From: Dehalococcoidia bacterium
GTDB taxonomy: Bacteria; Chloroflexota; Dehalococcoidia; Lucifugimonadales; UBA3495
Reading direction: 5' to 3'
DNA: 64,000 nucleotides
NCBI GenBank assembly: GCA_963664625.1
Contig: OY761541.1
Location: 2,571,670 to 2,635,669, forward strand
The position numbers and the translations under genes were made by a program. Under the pieces are notes generated by a model. The model did not search any database. It worked only from the letters and a program-made list of their open reading frames with translations, and was not told the DNA's origin. This document shows positions 20,939 through 28,902 of the stretch, one piece after another; the stretch's first letter is position 1; each line of letters starts with the position of its first letter.

Positions 20939-22081
20939 TTATTCGCCCCAACCGGCAAAGTAGTCCAGGTCCTTGTCGAACTGGTCGAAAAAGCCTTCAG
21001 GCCAAACGTCAATGCTACCGGAACTGTCCAGGGTTGGACTCAACACTTGGGAAGCACCCCGAGTGCGTTGCCTGAAAAAGTGAATCGCTACCTCATCAGC
21101 CGAGATGCGCTCCGACTTGACGGACCGGCGAATCCCGTTGAGAACATGGTCACTGTGGGTTTCCACGATCGTCTGAATACCGGCATGGGCAACGTCCGCC
21201 AGCAATTGTCCCATAAGGGCCTGTCCGGCTGGGTGTAAATGCACTTCCGGGTTTTCTATCAGCATAAGACTGCCCTTGGTGACAGTGAGGGCAGCGACTA
21301 TGATCGGTAGGATTTGCGTAATGCCAAACCCACAGTGGACTGGTCTTAGGAACCCCGTATCGTTGGAAGTGCGGATTCCCAGGGTCGCTGCATTGGCGTT
21401 AGGCACCTGCTGCACGTCAATGGCGCAACCCGGGAAGAATGACGAGAGCCTTGCCCCGACCTGATGTAGCAGAGTCGGAAGATCGTCCTCTAGCAAGAGA
21501 TCCCTCGCGATAAGTTCATCTCCTCTGCCCCAGTATAAAACGCTTACCGCATTCTCCCCCTGAGGGCCAACTAATGTGGCGATATGCTGGTCTTCCAGTA
21601 GATAAGTTTCACGGGGTCCCTCACGCTCCGCCGTAATATATGTTAAATTTCTAATCTGGCTTATCAAAGATATGATGGCATCGTCCGCATCAGCGGGCAA
21701 CAGGTAATGGAGAGTGTCAGGGTTATCATATCTGGCATCTCCGATCTGAACGCGATTGACTTGCATAGACATGTCCTGCCGGTCGCCAGTGAAGGACCAT
21801 CGACAAATTGCACTTTCGTCCATGAGTCCAATGTCGAACCGGCGAGTGCCATTTACCTGGTCAACCACGTCCGTCACGGTTCCAAGTTTGGTTATTGAGC
21901 CGTTAAGCATCAGACGAGTGGACCATTCACGTTCGCGCATGGTTTGGTGTAGTAAGACGAGAGACTGTATAACCGTAGACTTTCCAGACGCATTTGTTCC
22001 CGACAGTAGAGTAAGTGGGCAGAGCGGAAGTCTCAGAAGTTCAAAGCACTTGAACGTCTCGAGGTCAAGTCGAGTCAGCAC
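20939..22081 (-). CDS. ABC/SMC-like AAA ATPase with DUF3696-like C-terminus (paralog 2)
   Basis: GTG at 22081 lies 6 nt after GGAGG and overlaps the DUF262 gene by 17 nt. LETFKCF...LLSGTNASGKSTVIQSL (Walker A), YITAEREGPRETY, LMLIENPEVHLHP, ETHSDH, VWPEGFFDQF. Confidence 0.8.
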   Translation of the reverse strand: MLTRLDLETFKCFELLRLPLCPLTLLSGTNASGKSTVIQSLVLLHQTMREREWSTRLMLNGSITKLGTVTDVVDQVNGTRRFDIGLMDESAICRWSFTGDRQDMSMQVNRVQIGDARYDNPDTLHYLLPADADDAIISLISQIRNLTYITAEREGPRETYLLEDQHIATLVGPQGENAVSVLYWGRGDELIARDLLLEDDLPTLLHQVGARLSSFFPGCAIDVQQVPNANAATLGIRTSNDTGFLRPVHCGFGITQILPIIVAALTVTKGSLMLIENPEVHLHPAGQALMGQLLADVAHAGIQTIVETHSDHVLNGIRRSVKSERISADEVAIHFFRQRTRGASQVLSPTLDSSGSIDVWPEGFFDQFDKDLDYFAGWGE

Positions 22082-23174
22082 CAAACACCTCCTGAAACAT
22101 CTTCGCGGTTGCATTGAACCTATGATCAACCCTTCGAGTATCGTTGGTGCCGTAAGTGATGGACGTTATGAAATCATCATCTTTCATAAGCTTATGGAAT
22201 GCTTTCTTGAGAGCACATGCTCGGCTCTTGACCAACTCTTGCGGGAATCGTGAGAGGCCGGTCGTCATAACATCCCACAAAGAGGCATTGATGACACTCC
22301 GGCGGCTTTGGCCTTCGAGATGCTTCCGAAAAGCGTGTTCTTTAAACACTACAAAGTTGTTGTTCAACCCAGTGTAAAACTCGGCTGATAGCCTTGAAAG
22401 CTCAGCATCTCCAAGATGATTCATAAGTTTGAGTGTGTCCGCCAGAAAATCATCCATTTCACCACGATAAGTGTCACGCGACAAAAGTTGAAATCCACAG
22501 AAACGGTTCACGAACTCCCGGTCGCGCATTTGTGCGGTGTTCAGACTGCCACCCGTAGCTTCCAGAAAAAGAGGTTTATTAGCTTCTTCTTTCAAAAAGC
22601 GGGTTCCTGGCCCCATGTATAGGCAATTCCGCATCTGTTGGCGGGTCAGGGGTGCACCGCCGTTCACACGCTCAAATATGTCTAGGCGTGCCCTTTCAGG
22701 CGCTTTTGAGTCTATGATGTATAGCGTAAGGTTACAGTCCTCAATTCGGTTCTGTAGCCTGGACGGTAAGTCATTAAAATGCTTCCCGTTCAATTCGGGA
22801 TGATCGTGCAGCCGTAGAGCAAGTCTATTGTCTACGAAGTTCTGAAAGGTAGAAAGCCGTTGCAAGCCGTCAACCACGACCATCCGGCCGTCTTCATTTT
22901 CCGCGATGTAGAAGACCGGCAATGGTATTCGCATCAACACCGACTCGATTAACTTGCTTTGTTTATCTACAGGCCAAATGAAGTCACGTTGAAAGTCTGG
23001 GTCCATAATGAAATTGCCTTGGCTAATCCTTCGCAGCACGTCGTGAATAGTGCGACTCTCATTGCGAATAAGCATAGTGTCAAGAGGATATTCGCCTAGA
23101 GCACTATCTTCAGGACTCCCGATGCCTTCAGGTTCTTCTACTTCTGAATCCACCTGTTGCGTAGTCACGAACAT
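22065..23174 (-). CDS. DUF262 (ParB/Srx-fold, DGQQR-type) protein
   Basis: DPDFQRDFIWPVDKQSKLIESVLMRIPLPVFY...VVVDGLQRLSTF is the DUF262 N-terminal signature. At 369 aa, no DUF1524/HNH-like His-Me motif was noticed. Confidence 0.75.
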   Translation of the reverse strand: MFVTTQQVDSEVEEPEGIGSPEDSALGEYPLDTMLIRNESRTIHDVLRRISQGNFIMDPDFQRDFIWPVDKQSKLIESVLMRIPLPVFYIAENEDGRMVVVDGLQRLSTFQNFVDNRLALRLHDHPELNGKHFNDLPSRLQNRIEDCNLTLYIIDSKAPERARLDIFERVNGGAPLTRQQMRNCLYMGPGTRFLKEEANKPLFLEATGGSLNTAQMRDREFVNRFCGFQLLSRDTYRGEMDDFLADTLKLMNHLGDAELSRLSAEFYTGLNNNFVVFKEHAFRKHLEGQSRRSVINASLWDVMTTGLSRFPQELVKSRACALKKAFHKLMKDDDFITSITYGTNDTRRVDHRFNATAKMFQEVFGADST

Positions 23175-23200
23175 TACCTCACTGACATATCTGTCAGTTC

Positions 23201-23209
23201 ATTTTATCA
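23201..23209 (-). promoter_or_regulatory. Candidate extended -10 element (TGATAAAAT) for the DUF262 operon
   Basis: Minus strand TGATAAAAT lies 26 nt upstream of the ATG. The palindrome CTGACA-TATC-TGTCAG (23182-23197) lies between it and the start codon. Confidence 0.35.
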
Positions 23210-23273
23210 TTAGGAACAACTTGGGCTGGACCAAGCGATTTACCCTTCTTGACTCTATTCCGTCCTCCCCTTT

Positions 23274-23302
23274 TTGTCACCTTCAATCCCGTTTGGTAGA
23301 AT
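23274..23302 (+). promoter_or_regulatory. Sigma-70-type promoter for the MBL-fold hydrolase gene
   Basis: TTGTCA-17 nt-TAGAAT, about 35 nt upstream of the ATG at 23339. Confidence 0.5.
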
Positions 23303-23338
23303 ATTCCCGCCATCCAGGAAAGAATTGGGAGAGGAAGA

Positions 23339-23977
23339 ATGCCGCTGCATTACGACGGAGAAATCAAGATTACCAAGATAAACATGGGGCCCTACGACAA
23401 CAACGGCTACATTGTGACCTGTCCGGAGACCAACGAGGGCATCATCATCGACACGCCTGCCGAGGCGGAGAAGCTTCTCAGCCGGATTGGCGACGTACAG
23501 ATTAAGCACATCCTTATCACCCACAAGCACCAGGACCACCTGTTGGGGTTCGACGACATCACAGGCGCCGTTGACGCTCCCGTTGGTATCGGAGTGAACG
23601 ACGTGGACGGCCTGCCTCGAGCCCCCGAGACCGAGCTGTCTGACGGCATGATAATCAGGTTCGGCAATCAGGAGATGAAGGTGTTGGACACCCCCGGCCA
23701 TACCGAGGGAGCGACCTGCTTCCTTCTTGGCAAGCACCTGTTCTCCGGCGACACCCTGTTCCCCGGTGGGCCGGGGCGCACTCGCAGCCCCGAAGGCTTC
23801 CAGCAGATCGTCGACAACATCACCAAGAAGCTATTGACCCTGCCCGACGATACCCTTGTGTACCCCGGTCATGGGGCGGACACCACCATCGGCAAGTCCC
23901 GGGAAGAGTACCAGAACTTCGCTTCCAGGCCCCACGCCCCCGACATTTTCGGCGAAATCACTTGGTTGGGCGGCTAG
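23339..23977 (+). CDS. MBL-fold metallo-hydrolase (glyoxalase II-like)
   Basis: ILITHKHQDH (HxHxDH) metal-binding motif, plus downstream TPGHTEG and PGHG motifs. Confidence 0.85.
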   Translation: MPLHYDGEIKITKINMGPYDNNGYIVTCPETNEGIIIDTPAEAEKLLSRIGDVQIKHILITHKHQDHLLGFDDITGAVDAPVGIGVNDVDGLPRAPETELSDGMIIRFGNQEMKVLDTPGHTEGATCFLLGKHLFSGDTLFPGGPGRTRSPEGFQQIVDNITKKLLTLPDDTLVYPGHGADTTIGKSREEYQNFASRPHAPDIFGEITWLGG

Positions 23978-24058
23978 GTCAATCCGGCATGATACGGTTA
24001 CCATTCCAGGGAGCGAAGTTTTTGCTCCCTGATTTTGTTCCGGGACTTTGAGGTGTGA

Positions 24059-25324
24059 ATGTACCAGCGTTCAGTCTTGGATAATCAACTCCGGGTTTTG
24101 ACATCCACCATGCCCCATACCAGGTCGGTGTCCATCATGCTCTGCGTCGGCGCTGGGTCCCGGTACGAGTCGCCTGACATGGCCGGCGTGTCCCACTTCC
24201 TTGAGCATCTGCCGTTCAAAGGCACTCGTCAATGGCCCACCGCCCAAGCGGTCAGCGAGGCTATCGAGGGAGTGGGCGGCATTATGAACGCCAGCACCGA
24301 CCGTGAGATGACCGTCTTCTGGTGCAAGGTGGCCGCGATTCACGTCAGGAAGGCCCTGTCGGTGATGCTCGACATGGTCATCAATCCCAGGCTGGACCCG
24401 GAGGAGGTGGAGAAGGAGCGGGAGGTTATCCAGGAAGAGCTGCGGATGACCTACGACCATCCCACCTACTGGGTTGACCTCTTGATAGACGAAGCCTTGT
24501 GGCCGGACCAAGCCATGGGACGCGACGTGGGCGGCACGCCGGAGACGGTGGAAAAAATCTCGCAGCAAAGCATCCGCGATTACATGCTTCGACAGTACAC
24601 GCCCGCCAATACAGTGTTGGCCGTGGCCGGGAACGTTGCCCACGACGATATGGTGCAATTGGTGGAGGAAGCTACCGCAGGTTGGCAGCCTTCCCAGCAA
24701 TCGTTGGACTGGGAGCCGGTAGCCAGCGGCAATACTGGCCCTGTGGTGCGCCTGGAAAACCGGAGGACCGACCAGACCCACCTATGCCTGGCTCTGCCCG
24801 GGTTGTCCATGAACGACCCGGACCGTTACAACCTGACCATCCTGAACGTTATTCTGGGAGACGGGATGAGCAGCAGGTTGTTCCAGCGCTTGCGTGAAGA
24901 GCAAAGCCTGGCATACGACGTGAACAGCACGTTGAGTCATTACCGGGACTGCGGGGCATTGACCGTTTACTGCGGCGTGGAGCCAAAGAAGAGCCGCAGC
25001 GCCGTGAAAGAAGTTGTTCACCAACTGGAACAGATGCACGAGGAGGTCACCGCGCAGGAACTGGCCAAGGCGAAGGAGTACACCAAGGGGCGGCTGTTGC
25101 TTCGGATGGAGGATACCAGGGCCGTGGCCGGTTGGTTGGCCAGCCAAGAGTTGCTACAGGGGAAGGTCACCACTCCCGATGAAGTCGTTGACATGATCGA
25201 CGCCGTAAAGACCGAGGACATTGCCAGGGTTGGGCAAAAATTGCTGAACCCCGATAGTCTGCGGCTTGCCGTTGTCGGCCCCCACCGCGGAGACCAACAG
25301 TTCCTGAAATTGTTAAGCTTCTAA
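24059..25324 (+). CDS. M16-family (pitrilysin/insulinase-like) zinc peptidase
   Basis: Inverted zinc motif HFLEH followed by LPFKGT. 421 aa, typical length. Confidence 0.85.
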   Translation: MYQRSVLDNQLRVLTSTMPHTRSVSIMLCVGAGSRYESPDMAGVSHFLEHLPFKGTRQWPTAQAVSEAIEGVGGIMNASTDREMTVFWCKVAAIHVRKALSVMLDMVINPRLDPEEVEKEREVIQEELRMTYDHPTYWVDLLIDEALWPDQAMGRDVGGTPETVEKISQQSIRDYMLRQYTPANTVLAVAGNVAHDDMVQLVEEATAGWQPSQQSLDWEPVASGNTGPVVRLENRRTDQTHLCLALPGLSMNDPDRYNLTILNVILGDGMSSRLFQRLREEQSLAYDVNSTLSHYRDCGALTVYCGVEPKKSRSAVKEVVHQLEQMHEEVTAQELAKAKEYTKGRLLLRMEDTRAVAGWLASQELLQGKVTTPDEVVDMIDAVKTEDIARVGQKLLNPDSLRLAVVGPHRGDQQFLKLLSF

Positions 25325-25355
25325 CCCAAGCCAACGCTGAGTAAAAGAGGAACTT

Positions 25356-25604
25356 ATGGTAATGACAGACGACCGGTTAGACCGACTGGAAAACAGAATG
25401 GAGGGGGTAGAAAACAGGGTTTCCCGTCTTGAAGAATCGGTGGCTGGACTGGTCGAGAGAGTTGCCCGTCTTGAAGGCGTGGTAGCGGAAATGTCCAGCC
25501 GGGTAACCAGTTTGGAAACGCGGGTGACTATCATGTTCGCATCAATGGTCGGTATGTGGGCGGTAACGATGGGCACGGTGTTGGCGTCTCTCTTCCTCAA
25601 GTAG
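25356..25604 (+). CDS. Small coiled-coil protein with C-terminal TM helix (XhlA-like architecture)
   Basis: AAGAGGA RBS. Roughly 11-residue repeats (RLDRLENRMEG / VENRVSRLEES / ...RVARLEGV / ...RVTSLETRV), then IMFASMVGMWAVTMGTVLASLFL. Confidence 0.5.
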   Translation: MVMTDDRLDRLENRMEGVENRVSRLEESVAGLVERVARLEGVVAEMSSRVTSLETRVTIMFASMVGMWAVTMGTVLASLFLK

Positions 25605-25634
25605 CGTGCGGTGTAAATCCACAGATCCGCGTCG

Positions 25635-26435
25635 TCAGGGCTTGGAAGGATCGAACTCCTCGGCTACCGGGTTGCTTAGCACCCCGATGCCCGCCACATC
25701 CACATCCACCGTGTCGCCGGGCTTGATGGCGCCGGTTACCCCGGCGCAGCCGGAAAACACCAAGTCCCCGGGCCGAAGTGTGACGGACTGGCTGATGTAG
25801 CTCACGATATCATCAAAGCTGAACAGCATATCCTTGGTGTGAAACCGTTGCACTTCCTCGCTGTTCAAGTGAACAACGATTTCCAACCGTTGGGGGTCGC
25901 ATTCGGTCTCAATCCAAGGACCGACCGGGGCAAAGGTGTCGGCTCCCTTGGCTCGCCAGAAAGAAAAGTCTCCCTTTTGCCACGTCCGTTCGCTGACGTC
26001 ATTGCCGCAGGTGAAGCCCAGGATATACCTCTTGGCCTCCGCCGGGGTTACCCTCCGGCAGTTCTTGCCGATGACCGCTACTACCTCTCCCTCGTAGTGC
26101 ACCTCGCCGGTGGAGTCCTTGGGAATGATTATCGGGTCGCCGGGGCCGGTGAGGGAACTGCGGGCCTTTTGCCAAGGGTTGGGATGATCGGGTATGGGCA
26201 CCACGTCTTTCCCCAAGGCCATCGCCGCCGTTTCCAGGTGATCGGCGAAATTGATCCCAGGACCCCATATTTCCTTGGGGTCAGTTGGAGGCAGGATCTT
26301 CACCTCCGCTAGTGGGTGCCGGGTGTCAGTAAGCCTGAAGCGGGAGTATATGCTTCCCCGTATTTCAATGATTTCATCTCCGTCTACAACGCCAAAAGCC
26401 ACTCTGCGAGCGGCACGGAAACGCGCAATTTTCAT
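25635..26435 (-). CDS. Fumarylacetoacetate hydrolase (FAH) family protein
   Basis: YEGEVVAVIGK...GFTCGNDVSERTWQ...AKGADTFAPVGPW...GDLVFSG is the FAH-fold signature. Confidence 0.85.
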   Translation of the reverse strand: MKIARFRAARRVAFGVVDGDEIIEIRGSIYSRFRLTDTRHPLAEVKILPPTDPKEIWGPGINFADHLETAAMALGKDVVPIPDHPNPWQKARSSLTGPGDPIIIPKDSTGEVHYEGEVVAVIGKNCRRVTPAEAKRYILGFTCGNDVSERTWQKGDFSFWRAKGADTFAPVGPWIETECDPQRLEIVVHLNSEEVQRFHTKDMLFSFDDIVSYISQSVTLRPGDLVFSGCAGVTGAIKPGDTVDVDVAGIGVLSNPVAEEFDPSKP

Positions 26436-26618
26436 AAGGTGAGAAACCTCGTTGACATAATAAAAGAAGAGTAGGAGCCGATTTTAACCCTTGCCCTACA
26501 CGTCGGCAAGGGAAATTTTGAGCTTGTTGACGCGTTGCTTCGAGACTAAAATGGAGGCGTTTACCGGTTATCCGGTCAGTTGCCGAACGCGAAGTTAGTC
26601 TTGTAAACGGGAGCTGCT

Positions 26619-27632
26619 TTGAAAATCGGAATGTTGGTCAATAGCCAATATGTGGTCGGGGAGTCCATGCCCGTCAAGATACAGGAAAGCGTGGAACAGG
26701 TACGGGCCGCGAGGGACGCGGGCTTTGACATTATCTGCGGCGCGCAACACTACCTGACCGCGCCTTATCAGATGAGCGCCACCCTGCCCTTGCTGGGACG
26801 CTTGGCCGCCGAGGCAGGGGACATGGAAGTCGCTACGACAATCGTGTTGCTGCCCTTGCACAACCCGGTGGAAATGGCGGAGAGCGTCGCCACCATGGAC
26901 GCGATATGCGGCGGACGTTTCATCTTCGGCATCGGCTTGGGGTACCGGGACGAAGAGTATACCGCCTTTGGCATGGACCGCACCCAACGTGTGGGCCGTG
27001 CGCGAGAGGCGCTGGAGGTAATGAAACTTCTCTGGTCAGAGGGCGAAGTGGAATTCCACGGGCAGTACTACAATGTCCCCAAGGTGCAAACGGCCACTCG
27101 TCCGGTCCAGCAACCCCATCCTCCAATCTGGGTCGCCGCCAACGCCGATGCAGCGATTCGCCGGGCGGCCCGCTGGGGCTATCCTTGGTTGATCAACCCT
27201 CACGTAACCGTCGCCACGGTGGCTGAGCAGCTTTCCGCATATCGCCGGTTGGCGGCGGAAGCGGGCCATACCCAAGTACATTCCTTCCCCATGATGCGGG
27301 AGCTTTACGTAGCCCATGACAGGGAGACCGCCTTCCTGGAAAGCCGGCCGTATTTGGAAAGCAAGTACGCCGCCTACGCCTCTTGGGGCCAGGACAAAGT
27401 GCTTCCGGGAGAGGAAACCTTCTCGGTGCCTTACGATGAGTTGGCCGCAGACCGGTTCCTGTTGGGTTCCCCGGACGACGTCGCCGGGGATATACAACGC
27501 TACGGTCAGGAACTGGGCGTTGACTACATGATTTTCCGTATGCAATGGCCCGGAATGGGCCACCGGCAGTGCATGGAGCAGATAGATATCATGGGCCGGG
27601 AAGTCATCCCCCGTGTAAGGGCCGCCGGTTAG
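26619..27632 (+). CDS. LLM-class (luciferase-like) flavin/F420-dependent oxidoreductase
   Basis: TTG start after GGGAG. MKIGMLVN...FIFGIGLGYRDEEY...HPPIWVAA is typical of LLM proteins. Confidence 0.8.
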   Translation: MKIGMLVNSQYVVGESMPVKIQESVEQVRAARDAGFDIICGAQHYLTAPYQMSATLPLLGRLAAEAGDMEVATTIVLLPLHNPVEMAESVATMDAICGGRFIFGIGLGYRDEEYTAFGMDRTQRVGRAREALEVMKLLWSEGEVEFHGQYYNVPKVQTATRPVQQPHPPIWVAANADAAIRRAARWGYPWLINPHVTVATVAEQLSAYRRLAAEAGHTQVHSFPMMRELYVAHDRETAFLESRPYLESKYAAYASWGQDKVLPGEETFSVPYDELAADRFLLGSPDDVAGDIQRYGQELGVDYMIFRMQWPGMGHRQCMEQIDIMGREVIPRVRAAG

Positions 27633-27689
27633 TCGTTCTTGGAGCATTCGCGGGCGGCTTTCATACCGCAACTTCTACGGCGGGTGAGA

Positions 27690-28529
27690 CTAGCCCCCCA
27701 CGAATCCGCGAACAAAGTCTGTTACCAGTTGCGGCTCGCCTTCGGCGGACATAGCTCCACTGGCCAGGGCGTTACCCATCTTCAGCCTGCCGAAGATTGT
27801 CATCACGTAGGTTCGGGCGTCCGAACGGAAGACTACGTCGGCATCCCCTTGTGGTGAGGAGTCGTAGACGACTCCCTCAGATGACAGTACGACGTCGTCG
27901 GTAGTGTTTACCGGCTCCCCGATTTCGAAACGGTAGCGCACCGGCTTGGTCCGGTTGGAGTCCGGGCGAAACGCCCTTCTTGCCGCCCGATAGGCGGTGT
28001 TCACCATGCCCGGCAAGCAGTCGTCCGGCAGTTGGACGCCAGGGTCGAAAGCCCAGCGAATGTCCCACTCGTGCATCGCCAGTTCCGTCAACCGTATGTC
28101 CACTTTCGACCGAACAGTCTCCAGCCTCAGGCGGTGATAGCACGGAGTGTCCCAGTCCTGCGGTCCCAACCCCTCGATCACTTGGTCGAAGCGCCGGTCC
28201 TGGTCGGATAACGCCGCCGCCAGTTGGTCTCCCAACCGCATCCGCAGGTCCACCGCGTCGCGGCCCAGGTCTTCCCGGAACTGGTCCTCGTTCGTTGGCG
28301 GGCCGGGAGGAGTGCCGGGCGACGCCGACGTGTCGCCCGCTAGTCCCCTGGCAATCTGGTCGGGCATAGGCGCTCCCCGTTCCACCAGATGGGCCACCAC
28401 GTCAGCGACAGTCCAACCTTCGCAGGCGCTGGGGCGAGTCCAGTCATCCGGCCCCAGCGTTTCCAGGAACCGTTCGAGGCGTTGGGCCGCGATTTTCAGT
28501 ACAACGGGACGTTCGTTGTCGGTGTACAT
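27690..28529 (-). CDS. DinB/MDMPI_N-family (maleylpyruvate isomerase-like) protein with SCP2-like C-terminus
   Basis: WTRPSACEGWTVADVVAHLV N-terminal motif. C-terminal LKMGNALASGAMSAEGEPQLV. Confidence 0.7.
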   Translation of the reverse strand: MYTDNERPVVLKIAAQRLERFLETLGPDDWTRPSACEGWTVADVVAHLVERGAPMPDQIARGLAGDTSASPGTPPGPPTNEDQFREDLGRDAVDLRMRLGDQLAAALSDQDRRFDQVIEGLGPQDWDTPCYHRLRLETVRSKVDIRLTELAMHEWDIRWAFDPGVQLPDDCLPGMVNTAYRAARRAFRPDSNRTKPVRYRFEIGEPVNTTDDVVLSSEGVVYDSSPQGDADVVFRSDARTYVMTIFGRLKMGNALASGAMSAEGEPQLVTDFVRGFVGG

Positions 28530-28765
28530 GTTTCGACTTCCAGTTCATCGTTAAGGTGATTAAGCTTCAGGGGGTCCACGCTGGTCGTTAGTCCGCTTGG
28601 ATGCGGGTCAACCGTGAATGCAGACGGTGGTACATCGTCATATAACGGAGATATCCCACGCCGAAGCGTGTCGTTCACCACCTGCTTGAACGACTGATTG
28701 AGAAGCTTGGCCCGCTCCTTCAGGTAGTCGGCAATGTCGTCGTCAATCGTCAGTGTAGTTCTCAT
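28496..28765 (-). CDS. VapB-like ribbon-helix-helix antitoxin (orphan)
   Basis: Internal ATG gives MRTTLTIDDDIADYLKERAKLLNQSFKQVVNDTLRRG, the N-terminus of RHH antitoxins normally paired with VapC. Its 3' end overlaps the next gene by 34 nt, and no toxin is adjacent. Confidence 0.55.
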   Translation of the reverse strand: MRTTLTIDDDIADYLKERAKLLNQSFKQVVNDTLRRGISPLYDDVPPSAFTVDPHPSGLTTSVDPLKLNHLNDELEVETCTPTTNVPLY

Positions 28766-28902
28766 GTCAACATCATCATATACCATCTTACCGATGGCAA
28801 GACATGGGAGTGATAGTACCACCAAGATTTGCGCTTCGCTGGTTGGCCTTCAAACCCCCGTGTTAAACTGTATGCCGTGTTGAGCCGGGAGAGTATATAG
28901 AC

